Shown here: in pieces, positions 43,263 to 57,221 of the stretch
Position numbering within the stretch: the stretch's first letter is position 1
Layout: each line of letters opens with the position of its first letter
Source of the DNA: Eledone cirrhosa
Taxonomy: Eukaryota
Direction: 5' to 3'
Assembly (NCBI GenBank): GCA_964016885.1
Contig: OZ024760.1
Location: forward strand, 27,280,001 to 27,344,000
Length of the DNA: 64,000 nt
Position numbers and translations under genes: made by a program
The notes under the pieces: model-generated
Seen by the model: the letters and a program-made list of their open reading frames with translations, nothing else
Database searches by the model: none
Told to the model about the DNA's origin: nothing

Positions 43263-46200
43263 TATGTGTGTATTAGTTGCACCACCATTTTACATACAAC
43301 ATATTTTCAATGTACCATATATTTTGAATTGAAGCTTTCTATGTCCTGCAGATAAGTTGCATGCTAGCTTTTCTTGTTGTAATTTCATTGAAAAAGGTGC
43401 AACTTATACACGTGTATATATTGTATATATTTTTATAAGATGGGAGACACACCATTCTGTGGTATTCATGCCTTTCCAAAAGGCATTAGCCACTTAAGTG
43501 AAGCTTTGTGAAGTGAATAGTACGATATACTCACACAAACACATAAATCTTATGGTATCTGTTCTATGGAAGTACAAAAGCGACATAATGATCTATAATC
43601 TATTATTGTTTAGCCCCAGGTCAGTCCTGAGCAACATCAAGCAGACCTATGATCAAAGGGATCCTACATGTAGATATACATCAACATTTGTCGGATATAA
43701 TATAGTGCGTAATACAATATAATAGAGAATATAGCACATCATATTATTGTAGAATAATTCAGTATATAGAATACTATAGTATATAGAGTACCGTAGTACA
43801 TAATAGTATAGTATCTAAAGGTCTAAACTCTGTGTTAAGCCAGAAGGCTTGTCAGACCATTGCTTATCCCGGTTTCATGGCGTGAAGCGACAGAGAGCAC
43901 ATGACTTGCCCCTGGACAGGACACCAGTCCATCACAAGGCTAAACCCTTCAGCTATTGCTGGACTTCTCCCTGGACAGGACGCCAGTCCATTGCAGGGTT
44001 AAAACCCCAGCTATTGCTGGACTCCTCCCTAGACAGGACGCCAGTCCATCGCAAGGTTAAAACCCTTAGCTATTGCTGGACTCCCCCCTGGACAGGACGC
44101 CAGTCCATCACAGGGCTAAACCCCTTGGCTATTGCTGGACTACTCCTGGACAGGACTCCACTAATAGTATAGTATATAGTACCTTATAGAATATAAATAT
44201 AATATACTATAAAGAATATCAGTATATAGCACAGTTTATAGAATATCATAGTATATATTAGTACATAGTATATATTAGTACATAGAATATATTAGTACAT
44301 AGTATATATTAGTACATAGAATATATAAGGCGTGTGGCTGAGTGGTTAGAGAATTGGATTCACAATCTTGAGGTTGTGAGTTCGAGTCATGGACCGGGCG
44401 ATGCGTTATGTCCTTGACCAAGACATTTTATTTCACGTTGCTCCTTCTACCTGGAGTTGCGACCGATAGATAGTACTAGCAACTGGAAAGACCGATGGAA
44501 ACATTGTTTCCTCGGTCCGATTTGATGAAAGTCGATCGATCCTTTTTATATATTAGTACATAGTATATATTAGTACATAGTATATATTAGTACATAGTAT
44601 ATATTAGTACATAGTATATATTACTACATAGTATATATTAGTACATAGTATATATTAGTACATAGTATATATTACTACATAGTATATATTAGTACATAGT
44701 ATATATTACTACATAGTATATATAAGTACATAGTATATATTACTACATAGTATATATTAGTACATAGTATATATTAGTACATAGTATATATTACTACATA
44801 GTATATATTACTACATAGTATATATTAGTACATAGTATATATTATTACATAGTATATATTAGTACATAGTATATATTACTACATAGTATATATTAGTACA
44901 TAGTATATATTAGTACATAGTATATATTAGTACATAGTATATATTACTACATAGTATATATTAGTGCATAGTATATATTAGTACATAGTATATATTACTA
45001 CATAGTATATATTACTACATAGTATATATTAGTACATGGTATATATTAGTACATAGTATATATTAGTACATAGTATATATTAGTACATAGTATATATTAG
45101 TACATAGTATATATTACTACATAGTATATATTAGTACATAGTATATATTACTACATAGTATATATTAGTACATAGTATATATTAGTACATAGTATATATT
45201 AGTACATAGTATATATTAGTACATAGTATATACTAGTACATAGTATATACTAGTACATAGTATATATTAGTACATAGTATATATTACTACATAGTATATA
45301 TTAGTACATAGTATATATTAGTACATAGTATATATTAGTACATAGTATATATTACTACATAGTATATATTACTACATAGTATATATTAGTACATAGTATA
45401 TATTAGTACATAGTATATATTAGTACATAGTATATATTAGTACATAGTATATATTACTACATAGTATATATTAGTACATAGTATATATTAGTACATAGTA
45501 TATATTAGTACATAGTATATATTAGTACATAGTATATATTAGTACATAGTATATATTACTACATAGTATATATTAGTACATAGTATATATTAGTACATAG
45601 TATATATTACTACATAGTATATATTAGTACATAGTATATATTAGTACATAGTATATATTAGTACATAGTATATATTAGTACATAGTATATATTACTACAT
45701 AGTATATATTAGTACATAGTATATATTACTACATAGTATATATTAGTACATAGTATATATTAGTACATAGTATATATTACTACATAGTATATATTACTAC
45801 ATAGTATATATTAGTACATAGTATATATTATTACATAGTATATATTAGTACATAGTATATATTACTACATAGTATATATTAGTACATAGTATATATTATT
45901 ACATAGTATATATTAGTACATAGTATATATTACTACATAGTATATATTACTACATAGTATATATTAGTACATAGTATATATTAGTACATAGTATATATTA
46001 GTACATAGTATATATTAGTACATAGTATATATTAGTACATAGTATATATTAGTACATAGTATATATTACTACATAGTATATATTAGTACATAGTATATAT
46101 TAGTACATAGTATATATTAGTACATAGTATATATTAGTACATAGTATATATTAGTACATAGTATATATTACTACATAGTATATATTAGTACATAGTATAT

Positions 46201-46892
46201 ATTACTACATAGTATATATTAGTACATAGTATATATTACTACATAGTATATATTAGTACATAGTATATATTAGTACATAGTATATATTAGTACATAGTAT
46301 ATATTACTACATAGTATATATTAGTACATAGTATATATTAGTACATTAGAATTTTGATAATTTGAAATTAGTTGTCCATCGAGTGATTGGGGAAATGGCC
46401 GGAGTTATGTCTGTTCTATTCTAAGTACCTCACCTCCTAAGTATATATATAATATAATATATAAGAACAAAAGATGGTTAAAAGAGTTCCATGTATTTTA
46501 TTATGCGCATTTCAAAAACAAATATCATCATGCAATAATATTTGTGTTTTCATCAGATAAAACAGGGAGACATGATATGAAGGTTGAAAAACACTTGTGG
46601 ATAGTGCAGTTTTAAATCAACATATGTTGATTTGTTGATATGTTGATTTAAAACTGCACTATCCACAAGTGTTTTTTAACCTTCATATCATGTCTTCCTG
46701 TTTTATCTGATGAAAACACAAATATTATTGCATGATGATATTTGTTTTTGAAATGCGCATAATAAAATACATGGAACTCTTTTAACTATCTTTTGTTCTT
46801 ATATATTATGTATACTCCAGTCCTACAAACTGTAGAGTGCTTTTTATCCGATATCTGCATTGCTTTATTGTACTACAATAAAACTCACCTCC

Positions 46893-46928
<36 letters not shown>

Positions 46929-49900
46929 GTGAAAAAATGGGGAGAAGAATACTGCAGGTTGCACATGGATAACATGTTATAAAATGAGTCCCTCATCAGT
47001 GATTTGCCAACGATCATAGATATTTCATAATATATATATATATATAATATATATATATGTGTATATATATATATCAGTATAAATATATATCAGTAAAAAT
47101 CTGGGAGGTTATATCTGAAATTGAGCTTGGTATAGGGTTAGTTCATCAACAAATTAGCAAATCATATTTGAGAACAGGTGTTTCACCTGAAGGTGTTATA
47201 TAAATATATATATATATATATAGAAATATTTATAACCATCATCATCATCATCATCACTGTTTAGCGTCCATTTTTCCATGCTTGCATGGGTTAGACAGGT
47301 CAGCCACATTGGGAGGCAAATCTGGTCAGTGTTGGCCACGTTGTACCTTACTTTGACGAGGACAGTAAATTTGGCCCTGGGATTTTACAGTAGCTCCTGT
47401 CAGAAGCAACTGTCTCCAACTAATCCGACTGGATCCCCAAGCGAGACCAGCCAAGCTCATGGATGTTATCCAACCATCTTGCTCAGTCTCTACCCCTGGG
47501 TCTCCTGCCGATTGGTTTTGCTTGTAAAATCTGTCCAGTGATTCTTTCCTGAGACATTCTAACCACATGTCCATAGTATCAGAGCTGTGATCTCTCAGTT
47601 CAGAGAAGTAGCAGCTCTACCTGGAGTGACTCTCTGATCTCCGAGCTACAAATCTGTCCAGTGATTCTTTCCTGAGACATTCTAACCACATGTCCATCGT
47701 ATCAGAGCTGTGATCTCTCAGTTCAGAGAAGTAGCAGCTCTACCTGGAGTGACTATGATCTCCGAGCTACAAATCTGTCCAGTGATTCTTTCCTGAGACA
47801 TTCTAACCACATGCCCATAGTATCAGAGCTGTGATCTCTCAGTTCGGAGAAGTAGCGGCTCTACCTGGAGTGACTCTCTGATCTCCGAGCTACAAATCTG
47901 TCCACTGATTCTTTCCTGAGACATTCTAACCACAAGCCCATAGTATCGGAGCTGTGGTCTCTCAGTTCGGAGAAGTAGCAGCTCTACCTGGAGTGACTCT
48001 CTGATCTCCGAGCTACAAATCTGTCCAGTGATTCTTTCCTGAGACATTCTAACCACATGCCCATAGTATCAGAGCTGTGATCTCTCAGTTCGGAGAAGTA
48101 GTAGCTCTACCTGGAGTGACTCTCTGATCTCCGAGCTACAAATCTGTCCAGTGATTCTTTCCTGAGACATTCTAACCACATGTCCATAGTATCAGAGCTG
48201 TGATCTCTCAGTTCGGAGAAGTAGTAGCTCTACCTGGAGTGACTCTCTGATCTCCGAGCTACAAATCTGTCCAGTGATTCTTTCCTGAGACATTCTAACC
48301 ACATGTCCATCGTATCAGAGCTGTGATCTCTCAGTTCAGAGAAGTAGCAGCTCTACCTGGAGTGACTATGATCTCCGAGCTACAAATCTGTCCAGTGATT
48401 CTTTCCTGAGACATTCTAACCACATGTCCATAGTATCAGAGCTGTGATCTCTCAGTTCGGAGAAGTAACGGCTCTACCTGGAGTGACTCTCTGATCTCCG
48501 AGCTACAAATCTGTCCACTGATTCTTTCCTGAGACATTCTAACCACATGCCCATAGTATCGGAGCTGTGGTCTCTCAGTTCGGAGAAGTAGCAGCTCTAC
48601 CTGGAGTGACTCTCTGATCTCCGAGCTACAAATCTGTCCAGCAATTCTTTCCTAAGACATTCTAACCACATGTTCATAGTATCAGAGCTGTGATCTCTCA
48701 ATTCAGAGAAGTAGTAGCTCTACCTGGAGTGGATCTCTGATCTCCAAGCTACAAATCTGTCCAGTGATTCTTTCCTGAGACATTCTAACCACATGTTCAT
48801 AGTATCACAGTTGTGATCTCTCAATTCGGAGAAGTAGCAGCTCTACCTGGAGTGACTATGATCTCCGAGCTACAAATCTGTTCAGTGATTCTTTCCTGAG
48901 ACATTCTAACCACATGTTCATAGTATCACAGCTGTGATCTCTCAATTCGAAGAAGTAGCAGCTCTACTTGGAGGGACTCTCTGATCTCCAAGCTACGCAC
49001 TCTATTGAGTAACGTTGCTCCAAAGACCCTTCGGAGGAACTCCATTTTGGCCGCTTGTATTCGTGATCGTATTCTATCGGTCATTACCCCCACCGCCTTA
49101 TATATATTTTAGAGAAGGAACTAATTCTATTAATTATGTGTGTGTGTGTGTGCTAATGGCAGAATACTACAATGCAATGCTTTCGTTATTTAGAAGGAAA
49201 AAATAATAATAAAATTCCCAAAAAAGCCTAACTCGGTAGGGTTTCGTATTCAATGACCATTATTATGAGTTCAAATCCCGCCGAGGTCAACTTTGCCTTT
49301 CATCCTTACGGGGTCGATAAAATAAAGAACCAGTAATGTACTGGGTAATTGCTGGCCTTGTGCCAAAAGTAGAAACAATTATTATTATTATTATTATTAT
49401 TATTATAGTTGCATTTATCTTGAATTATGTTCATACGAGTTATCACCAAGTCACAACCAGTGACCTCAAGAGACAACAAGGTCCGCCATGTTCAAGAAAG
49501 AACATACATACAGTCCTTCAGTATTATATCAGGTCTATTTGCATCTATTTTTCGGTCTGTTTGGATGCTAAAGTTCCACAAGATTGAGATGTGATCGTTT
49601 TCAAGTACGGGAGGTGGTTGATGCTCCCACCAATTCTTTTATTAGGGCAGGTCAAAATGCTTACACATTATCCAATGTATGTATTGTGCAGCTCTGTCAT
49701 GCCTGTTAAGGTATTCGGTTGGAGCTATAGGACTGCACATTGAAATTATATGATCAATGGTCTCTGGTTGTTTTTTACATACATGGCATAATGGGTTGCA
49801 TCCATTTTTTATTATGTTGGCTTGATCATTTTTTGTTGGCAGACACTGATCTTGTGCTGATATAATCAGTCCTTCAGTCTCCGATTTCAGTCCAGAGGAT

Positions 49901-52900
49901 GCCAACCACTGATGGGTTAAAGTTTTGTCAACATCAGGATTGTTAGCTCTTTCTGGGTATTTTCCATACAGAGGCTTTTCTTGCCATTTCTTAGCCAGTT
50001 TCTGTAGCAGTTCTTTCTTTGTAGTTACTTTTACCTGCTTTGCTTTTTCTGTGTTTTTCATTTCTGCAGTAAATGGAACTTCTGAAATTTGTAGTCCATT
50101 ACTGTATCTTTGTGCATCTTTTGTAATGGAGTATGATCTTTTGATGCTTTCATGTTTCAAAACGAGTTTGATCATCCAATCATGTGATTCCCTTAGATAT
50201 GTAGATAATCCAATGTTGCAGTTTTCAAAGCAATATCTAACTGGATTAACCCACATCCTCCTTTCTTTCCTAGGGAGATATATTCTATCTGTATCTGCCT
50301 TAGGGTGATGCATTCTGTGCATGGTTAAGAATTTTCTAATTTTTGTATCGAGCCTACGGATCTCTTTGCTTGACCAGTTGATGACATTGAAACTGTAGGT
50401 TACTACTGGTATGGCAAGCGTATTTATGGCATCGATCCTATTCTTTAAATGGAAAGTTTGTTCAAATGAACATCAAGCCACTACCTGCAGCCTCAGATAT
50501 TCAGGACGTATCGGAGGGTTGTTGCTGTTCCCAGCAAACATGCCTCTTGAAGTGCTCCAAAAAAGAGGGCTGGACTAATTTCCTTTAATATTATTATAAT
50601 TTCCTTTAATATTATTATTATTATTATTATTTATATCATTACTACATTTTTTTTTTATCAAAATTTTAAAAAATATATACATATTTTTTATCGATTTATT
50701 TTTTCCCTTCACATTGCATGTGATAACTTTCCACAACTAATCTTTCCAAAAAAGAAAGAAAGAAAGAACAAAAAAAAAATACTAACTGCAAATTAGGGGG
50801 AAAAAAAAAATTAAAAAAAAATTATTAAAAAGCGCAGCAAAAAAAAAAATTAAAATGTCGCATATTTTATCTCCCTTTCACGTCTGTCTTCCCTTTTATA
50901 AGAAAGAAGAAAAAAATGCCTTCAAGAGACTGGGTACAGGAAACAGGATAGCAACATTTTTAACATATGTAAGTCTACACAATGTTTGTTAACACTTTAG
51001 CATCTAAGCCAGCTGTATCCGGCCAGAATTTTCTCACCTCTTTCTGTTCAAACTGGCCATAACTGGCAGCTCATACTGATGCTAAGGTATTGTTCTCAAA
51101 ATAAATAACATCAAAATCTCGTAGATTCGATATTATGTGAGATATTATGTGAGGTAAATCCTTTACTGTGAAAATACAATAGTATATATAGAGTAATGTA
51201 AATGTTGTGAGATATTATGTGAGGTAAAGCCTTTACTGTGAAAATACAATAGTATATATAGAGTAATGTAAATGTTGTGAGATATTATGTGAGGTAAAGC
51301 CTTTACTGTGAAAATACAATAGTATATATAGAGTAATGTAAATGTTGTGAGATATTATGTGAGGTAAAGCCTTTACTGTGAAAATACAATAGTATATATA
51401 GAGTAATGTAAATGTTGTGAGATATTATGTGAGGTAAAGCCTTTACTGTGAAAATACAATAGTATATATAGAGTAATGTAAATGCTAAAGGGTAAAATAG
51501 TCACAATTTTTATATCTGTCAATTCTACACAACATTTTAAATATGTGTAAGTCTATGCATTTGTTAAAATAGTAACATTTTTAACATGTGTAAGTCTACG
51601 CATTTAAGATAGCAACATTTCCATCACCTTCAAAACCATAATAATAATAATAATAATAATTGTATCTACTTTTGGCATAAGGCCAGCAATTATCTCAGTG
51701 TATTACTGGTACTTTATTTTATCGACCCCGTAAGGATGAAAGGCAAAGTTAACCTCGGCAGGGTTTGAACTACGCTGCAAAGCATGGCATCCAACGCTCT
51801 ACCAATTCTGCCAATTCATAATAATACTAATAATACATATATCTTTTATTTGCCACAAGGGCCAACAAAGGGGTGGGGGCAATACAGGATGAGTGGGGGA
51901 GGTACACTGAAATAGAGTAGAAAGAAATTAACAAACAAATAATGAAAATACCCCAATAGGTTTGGGGGGAGGCACTCAGGGGTGACTTAGGTACCCTACC
52001 AATCCTAAACGACCTGACACTTGAAGGGCACTTTAGGAGTGCACCCCCTCTCCTCTTTGTATCAGCCAGCTTGTAGGTGTATACTCAGAGTTGGCCCATT
52101 CACACGAGCCATTCTTGCAACATTCATCCACCTTTTAGAAAATATACGGGGTGGGGGTAACATTTCTCTCTCCACCCTCACCTTCCTTTCCAGGTGAAAC
52201 TTGAAAAAGTTGATGAGGGATTGGCCAAAGACAAACGTGTCCATCTTCAGTCCTTTCAACCTGGTCCACCATATAACCTCTTTCACTATGGCCACCAGAC
52301 AGAGGAAAACTGCCTGCCCTTCCCAGTGTAAAGTTGGCAGCAGGTTGATCTTCACTTTGGACTCATTCATTAGCTGTATCAGTTCTACACATGACAATAG
52401 CTGTTCGACATAACTCCACAAGTCAGTAATGCACGGACACTGGACGAGTGTATGCAGAACGGTTTCATCACTGCGCATATCTTGGACTGGTTCGTCTGAC
52501 AACACTTCCGTGCCTGTAGAGTTTATCTCAAACCGAGAGTGTGCCCCCCCTGGTAGCACTGCCAAGCGAGGGATTTCTGGAAATTATTCACAGTCCCCAG
52601 TGGAATCCTGGGAATGCGGACTTTAACAGTTCTTTTTCCCAGAATGGGGGTGGATATAATTACCCCAGTGCATTACTGGTACTTTATTTTATTAACCTCG
52701 TAAGGATGAAAGGGATACCATTGCTGGTTTTGCAAGGGGTTACTGTAAAGTCCTCCAGAACAGATTAGTGAGTCAATTTTGTCAATACCCAGTGGCTCTC
52801 CAAGTGAGTTGTAGCACTTTCCCACCACTAATCTTCTATAGAACTCAAGAGTGGCAGTAATAATACTAATATAATATATTAAAAACAAGTGTTTTTCAGA

Positions 52901-55900
52901 CCTGTATAGCTTAATTTGGTACCTAATTAATGTTGGTATATGCTATATATATATTAGGCAAACCATGTATAAATTAAATAGGCATGCATAAATTAGAATA
53001 TTTTAATAATCAATACTGATATATACTAGCCAACCCACATATTTAAATAGGCATGAATAATTAATTTATTTTTTTAATATCTAATTAATATCCATATATA
53101 TCATATATAAGTAAAACAAGTATACATATATATGTGTATTTAAATAGGCATGCATAAATTAGCATATTATAATACCTAATTATTATTGGTATTGGTATTT
53201 TTTGTTTTAATTAAAAAACTTTATATTTTATACAAGGCTGTGACAAAATCATAAGTGAGTATTATGTTCTGGAAAATTCAGGAAACTTGTATAACATACA
53301 AGAAAGTTTTAATTATAAGATGTAGCTTGCTTGAATATATAAGGTGACATATGTAAGAAGACTAAAACAAATGTAAACTGGGTAGTAAGATGAAAGCAAC
53401 AAAAAAATTAGTTACCTGGTAATCTTTCATCCCTTTGACAAGAGTAGAGGACAGACATGTCAAACATGCGGCCCTTTACAAGCACACCTGCAGCCCTTTA
53501 CAAACATACCTGTGGCCCTTTAGAAGCACACCTGCAGCCCTTTACAAACACACCTGTGGCCCTTTACAAGGACACCTGCGGCCCTTTACAAGGACACCTG
53601 CGGACCTTACAAGGACACCTGCGGCCATTTACAAACATACCTGCGGCCCTTTACAAGGACACCTGCAGCCTTTTACAAACACACCTGTGGCCCTTTACAA
53701 GGACACCTGCGGCCCTTTACAAGGACACCTGCGGACCTTACAAGGACACCTGCGGCCATTTACAAACATACCTGCGGCCCTTTACAAGGACACCTGCGGC
53801 CTTTTACAAACACACCTGTGGCCCTTTACAAGGACACCTGCGGCCCACACAAAGGTTGTTTTACAGCACGAGCGTGTTTTATCTTCGTAATATAAAATAA
53901 AAAAAAAAATTAGTTGTAATGTGTGCAATTAGTTGTCACATGTGGCCCCTCAGACAACACGTGACCAATGTGACCCTCGGAGGACCCTCAGACATGTTGC
54001 TCTCGAGGGGGACCCTCAGACAACACATATGTGGCCGATGTGGCTCTCGAGGGGGACCCTCAGACAACACATGTGACTGATGTGGCTCTCGAGGGGGACC
54101 CTCAGACAACACATATGTGACCGATAATGGCTCTCAAGGGGGACCCTCAGACAACACATGTGACTGATGTGGCTCTCAAGGGGGACCCTCAGTTTTTTTT
54201 GACATGCCTGGTATAGGGAACTCTCAAAGAAAAATGTCCCAATCTATTCACTTTGAAATTAGATTTAAATCAGACAAAGGGAATTTTGTTCCAAAATATT
54301 AGGACAAAAAAACAAAGATTACCAAATAACTAACTTTTTCGTTGCCTTCATCTTACATCGTCCATTTTGTATTGTTTTAACTTTATATATATATATCTTT
54401 CTACATTATATTAGTTTTAAGATCCAATTTAATTAAGAGTTAATGATGATTATTATGTCCTCATAATTAGGGTTTGTTACAATGGTAATGTTATTCTCAG
54501 CTGTTGGGTTTCGTTTATTTGAATGTTTACTAATTAAATGCTATTAATTCAAGGTTGTGTGTATGTATGTGTGTGTGTGTGTGTAATGTGTGAATGTGTA
54601 GTATATGTGTATTTGTTTGTGTGTACGTGTGTGTGTGTTATAGGTGTACGTATGTGTGTATAAGATTTTGTATTTGTTTTGTAAGATTTTTGTGAAATTA
54701 TGTGTTGAAACATATATTGTTGTACTTTGGAAGGGCCATGCTGCCAGTCAAAACACATGCACCGGTATTATACACAGCGAGTTGTATTTCACTTCCATTA
54801 CATTATCAATTAGTTAGATAATTAATTAATTAATTAATCAGTTTGTTTGAAGTCTTTTATCACACCCTGTGACCTTATCAATAAAAATGTGCTTCTCATG
54901 CACTTCCTTCTCACCAGCTCTTATTCAATAAGACTGTGATTAAAGAACTTAATTAATTAGTAAATTAAATTATTGTGGCACAATGGTTAGGATGTTGGAT
55001 GCTCACAATCGCAAGGCCATGAGTTCAGTTTTAAAACTGGGCAACTCATTGTGTCCTTGAGCAAGACACTTCATTTCACACTTTTCCAGTCCACTCAGTT
55101 GGAAAAAACTAAGTACCAGCTGCAAGGGGATCAAGCTTAAAATATTTTGATTGTGAAACAAAAACCTTAACCATTTAGCCATCCAGTGACCACGTTGGCA
55201 GCATAACCTTCCCTCCGCTCCTAACCAAAGTACAACAATAAAAGCATGTAGTTATATATTTGCTTATTGTATACAGGACACACACATCTCTCCCTCTCTC
55301 TTTCCACCCGTCCCCTTAATCTATCTTATTTCTCATTCTTTCTTCTGATGAAGGACTAACGTCCAAAACGTTAAGACCCTCTTCTTGCTATATCAAGCGT
55401 TAACCTAATATATTCCTTCTATATACTGTACAATTGTGTTGTTATTTCTGTTTACCTTTTACACACATACATACATACATACATATATATAAATATATAT
55501 ATATATATATATTCAAAATTAAATTAAGGGTTGTCATGTCTGAGAGATTAATCATTTTAAAAGGTATCTATATTTGAAGTTCTAGTTTAACTTTAATTAG
55601 TTACCTACCTAGCTATGTAGCTATGTACACACTTTACAAATTATTCCCTGTGATTGTTTCATATGTTTATTTTATATATATCAATCTATTTCTAGTTGAT
55701 ATATATATATATAATACTGTAAGGAGAGACAAAAACTGTATATAGTTGTGTTCAATCTCAAGGGACATAGACTGCCAATTTATGTTTTTGATTGGGTTCT
55801 ATAAACCATACTATTTTAGTCAATATTTTCTTTACCCTGTTGGTCTCTGTCCCTTGTGATTTGAACACATCATTTCATTTTACGTCCGCTTTTCCCTGCT

Positions 55901-57175
55901 TGCAAGGGTGGGACGGGAACTGATTCTGGCTTGATTTCTACAGCTGGATGCCCTTCCTAACACCAACCTCATTTACAGTGAGTGCTGGGTGCTTTTTTTG
56001 CCGTGGCACCTCCACGACCACTTTACAGTGGAATGATATGGACCCCAGTCCCTATCATCTCATTTCTACAGCTGAGTAAACTGGAGCAATGTGAAATAAA
56101 GTGTCTTGCTCAAGGACACAACACATCACCCGATCTGAGAATTGAACTCACAACCTTTCGATTGCAAGGCCAATGCTCTAACCACTAAGCCATGTGCCTC
56201 CATATAGTTATATATCTGTGTTCGTCTTTCCTTGCAGTATAATAGGGCTCAGAAAATGTTTTCTCCTTGAGCTATCTTAATTATAGGGGACTATTGTGAG
56301 TATATATACTTTTGATATATATATATAATGGCTGCAACTTGATTTTGGGTAATGCCATCACTTGATACTTAAGTATGAGCATCACAGATGTGGCTTTTTA
56401 GTTCTGCTAGGGACTTGCCTATGGCCAGCAATACCATGCATCGCAAAAAATGTCACATATCAAGCGATACCTGTGCTTGAAGCTTTTTTAAGTGAGGAAA
56501 GGCCTTGCACAGAGCCAGTCCCACTCTCTCAACATTGAATACATTTACCCAAACAGTAGAACTGGTCTACATCATTGGATGCAAATAAAGTCACAGGTTT
56601 TATATCAGAGTGACCTTCTTCTAGAGAGATGTCTTAATGAAGACTAGGAGTCTCTCACTCCATAAAAAAAAAATACTTAATTAGATGGCCGTTGACTCTC
56701 CTGAGTTCCTCTATCCTCTGATAGGTCTTGTTTTTCATCCCGCAGGGTATCCAAAATCACCCCGCCTCACCAAGCAAACTTGGTATGGTTGCCAGTTTAG
56801 TCCCCAACAACCCAACCATGCACAGGTTGTACTGGGTTATATGTTACCAGTAGCGCTGAAGAGAGACCTGACATACATACATTTTTTTTATATATATATA
56901 TATATATAGTGGTTAGGATTCCTGGCTTTCACCCAGGCGGACCGGGTTCGATTCCCGGCATGGGAACTCTAATTGTTTTCAAGGGCGGTGCCCCAGCATG
57001 GCCTCAGCCGGATGGCTGAAACAGGTAAAAGAGTAAAAGAGTATAGAAGACCTACAGGACTAGAACTGTTTAATTCGTGAGAAATCATCAGGAAGCTCTA
57101 TATTAAAACTTTTATACTCTGCTATGTATTGAGTACCTTACTTACTGTGGTTACCTCCGACTCAACCCGGAATAA

Positions 57176-57221
<46 letters not shown>

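Noticed and set aside
46985-47005. Minus-strand CTGATGA as another hammerhead
   Set aside because: No GAAA or closing stems at the required spacing.
57148-57156. gtggttacc as docking site for the A/B post-donor motif
   Set aside because: Only 9 nt of complementarity, plausible by chance in 32 kb, and within a probable repeat fragment.
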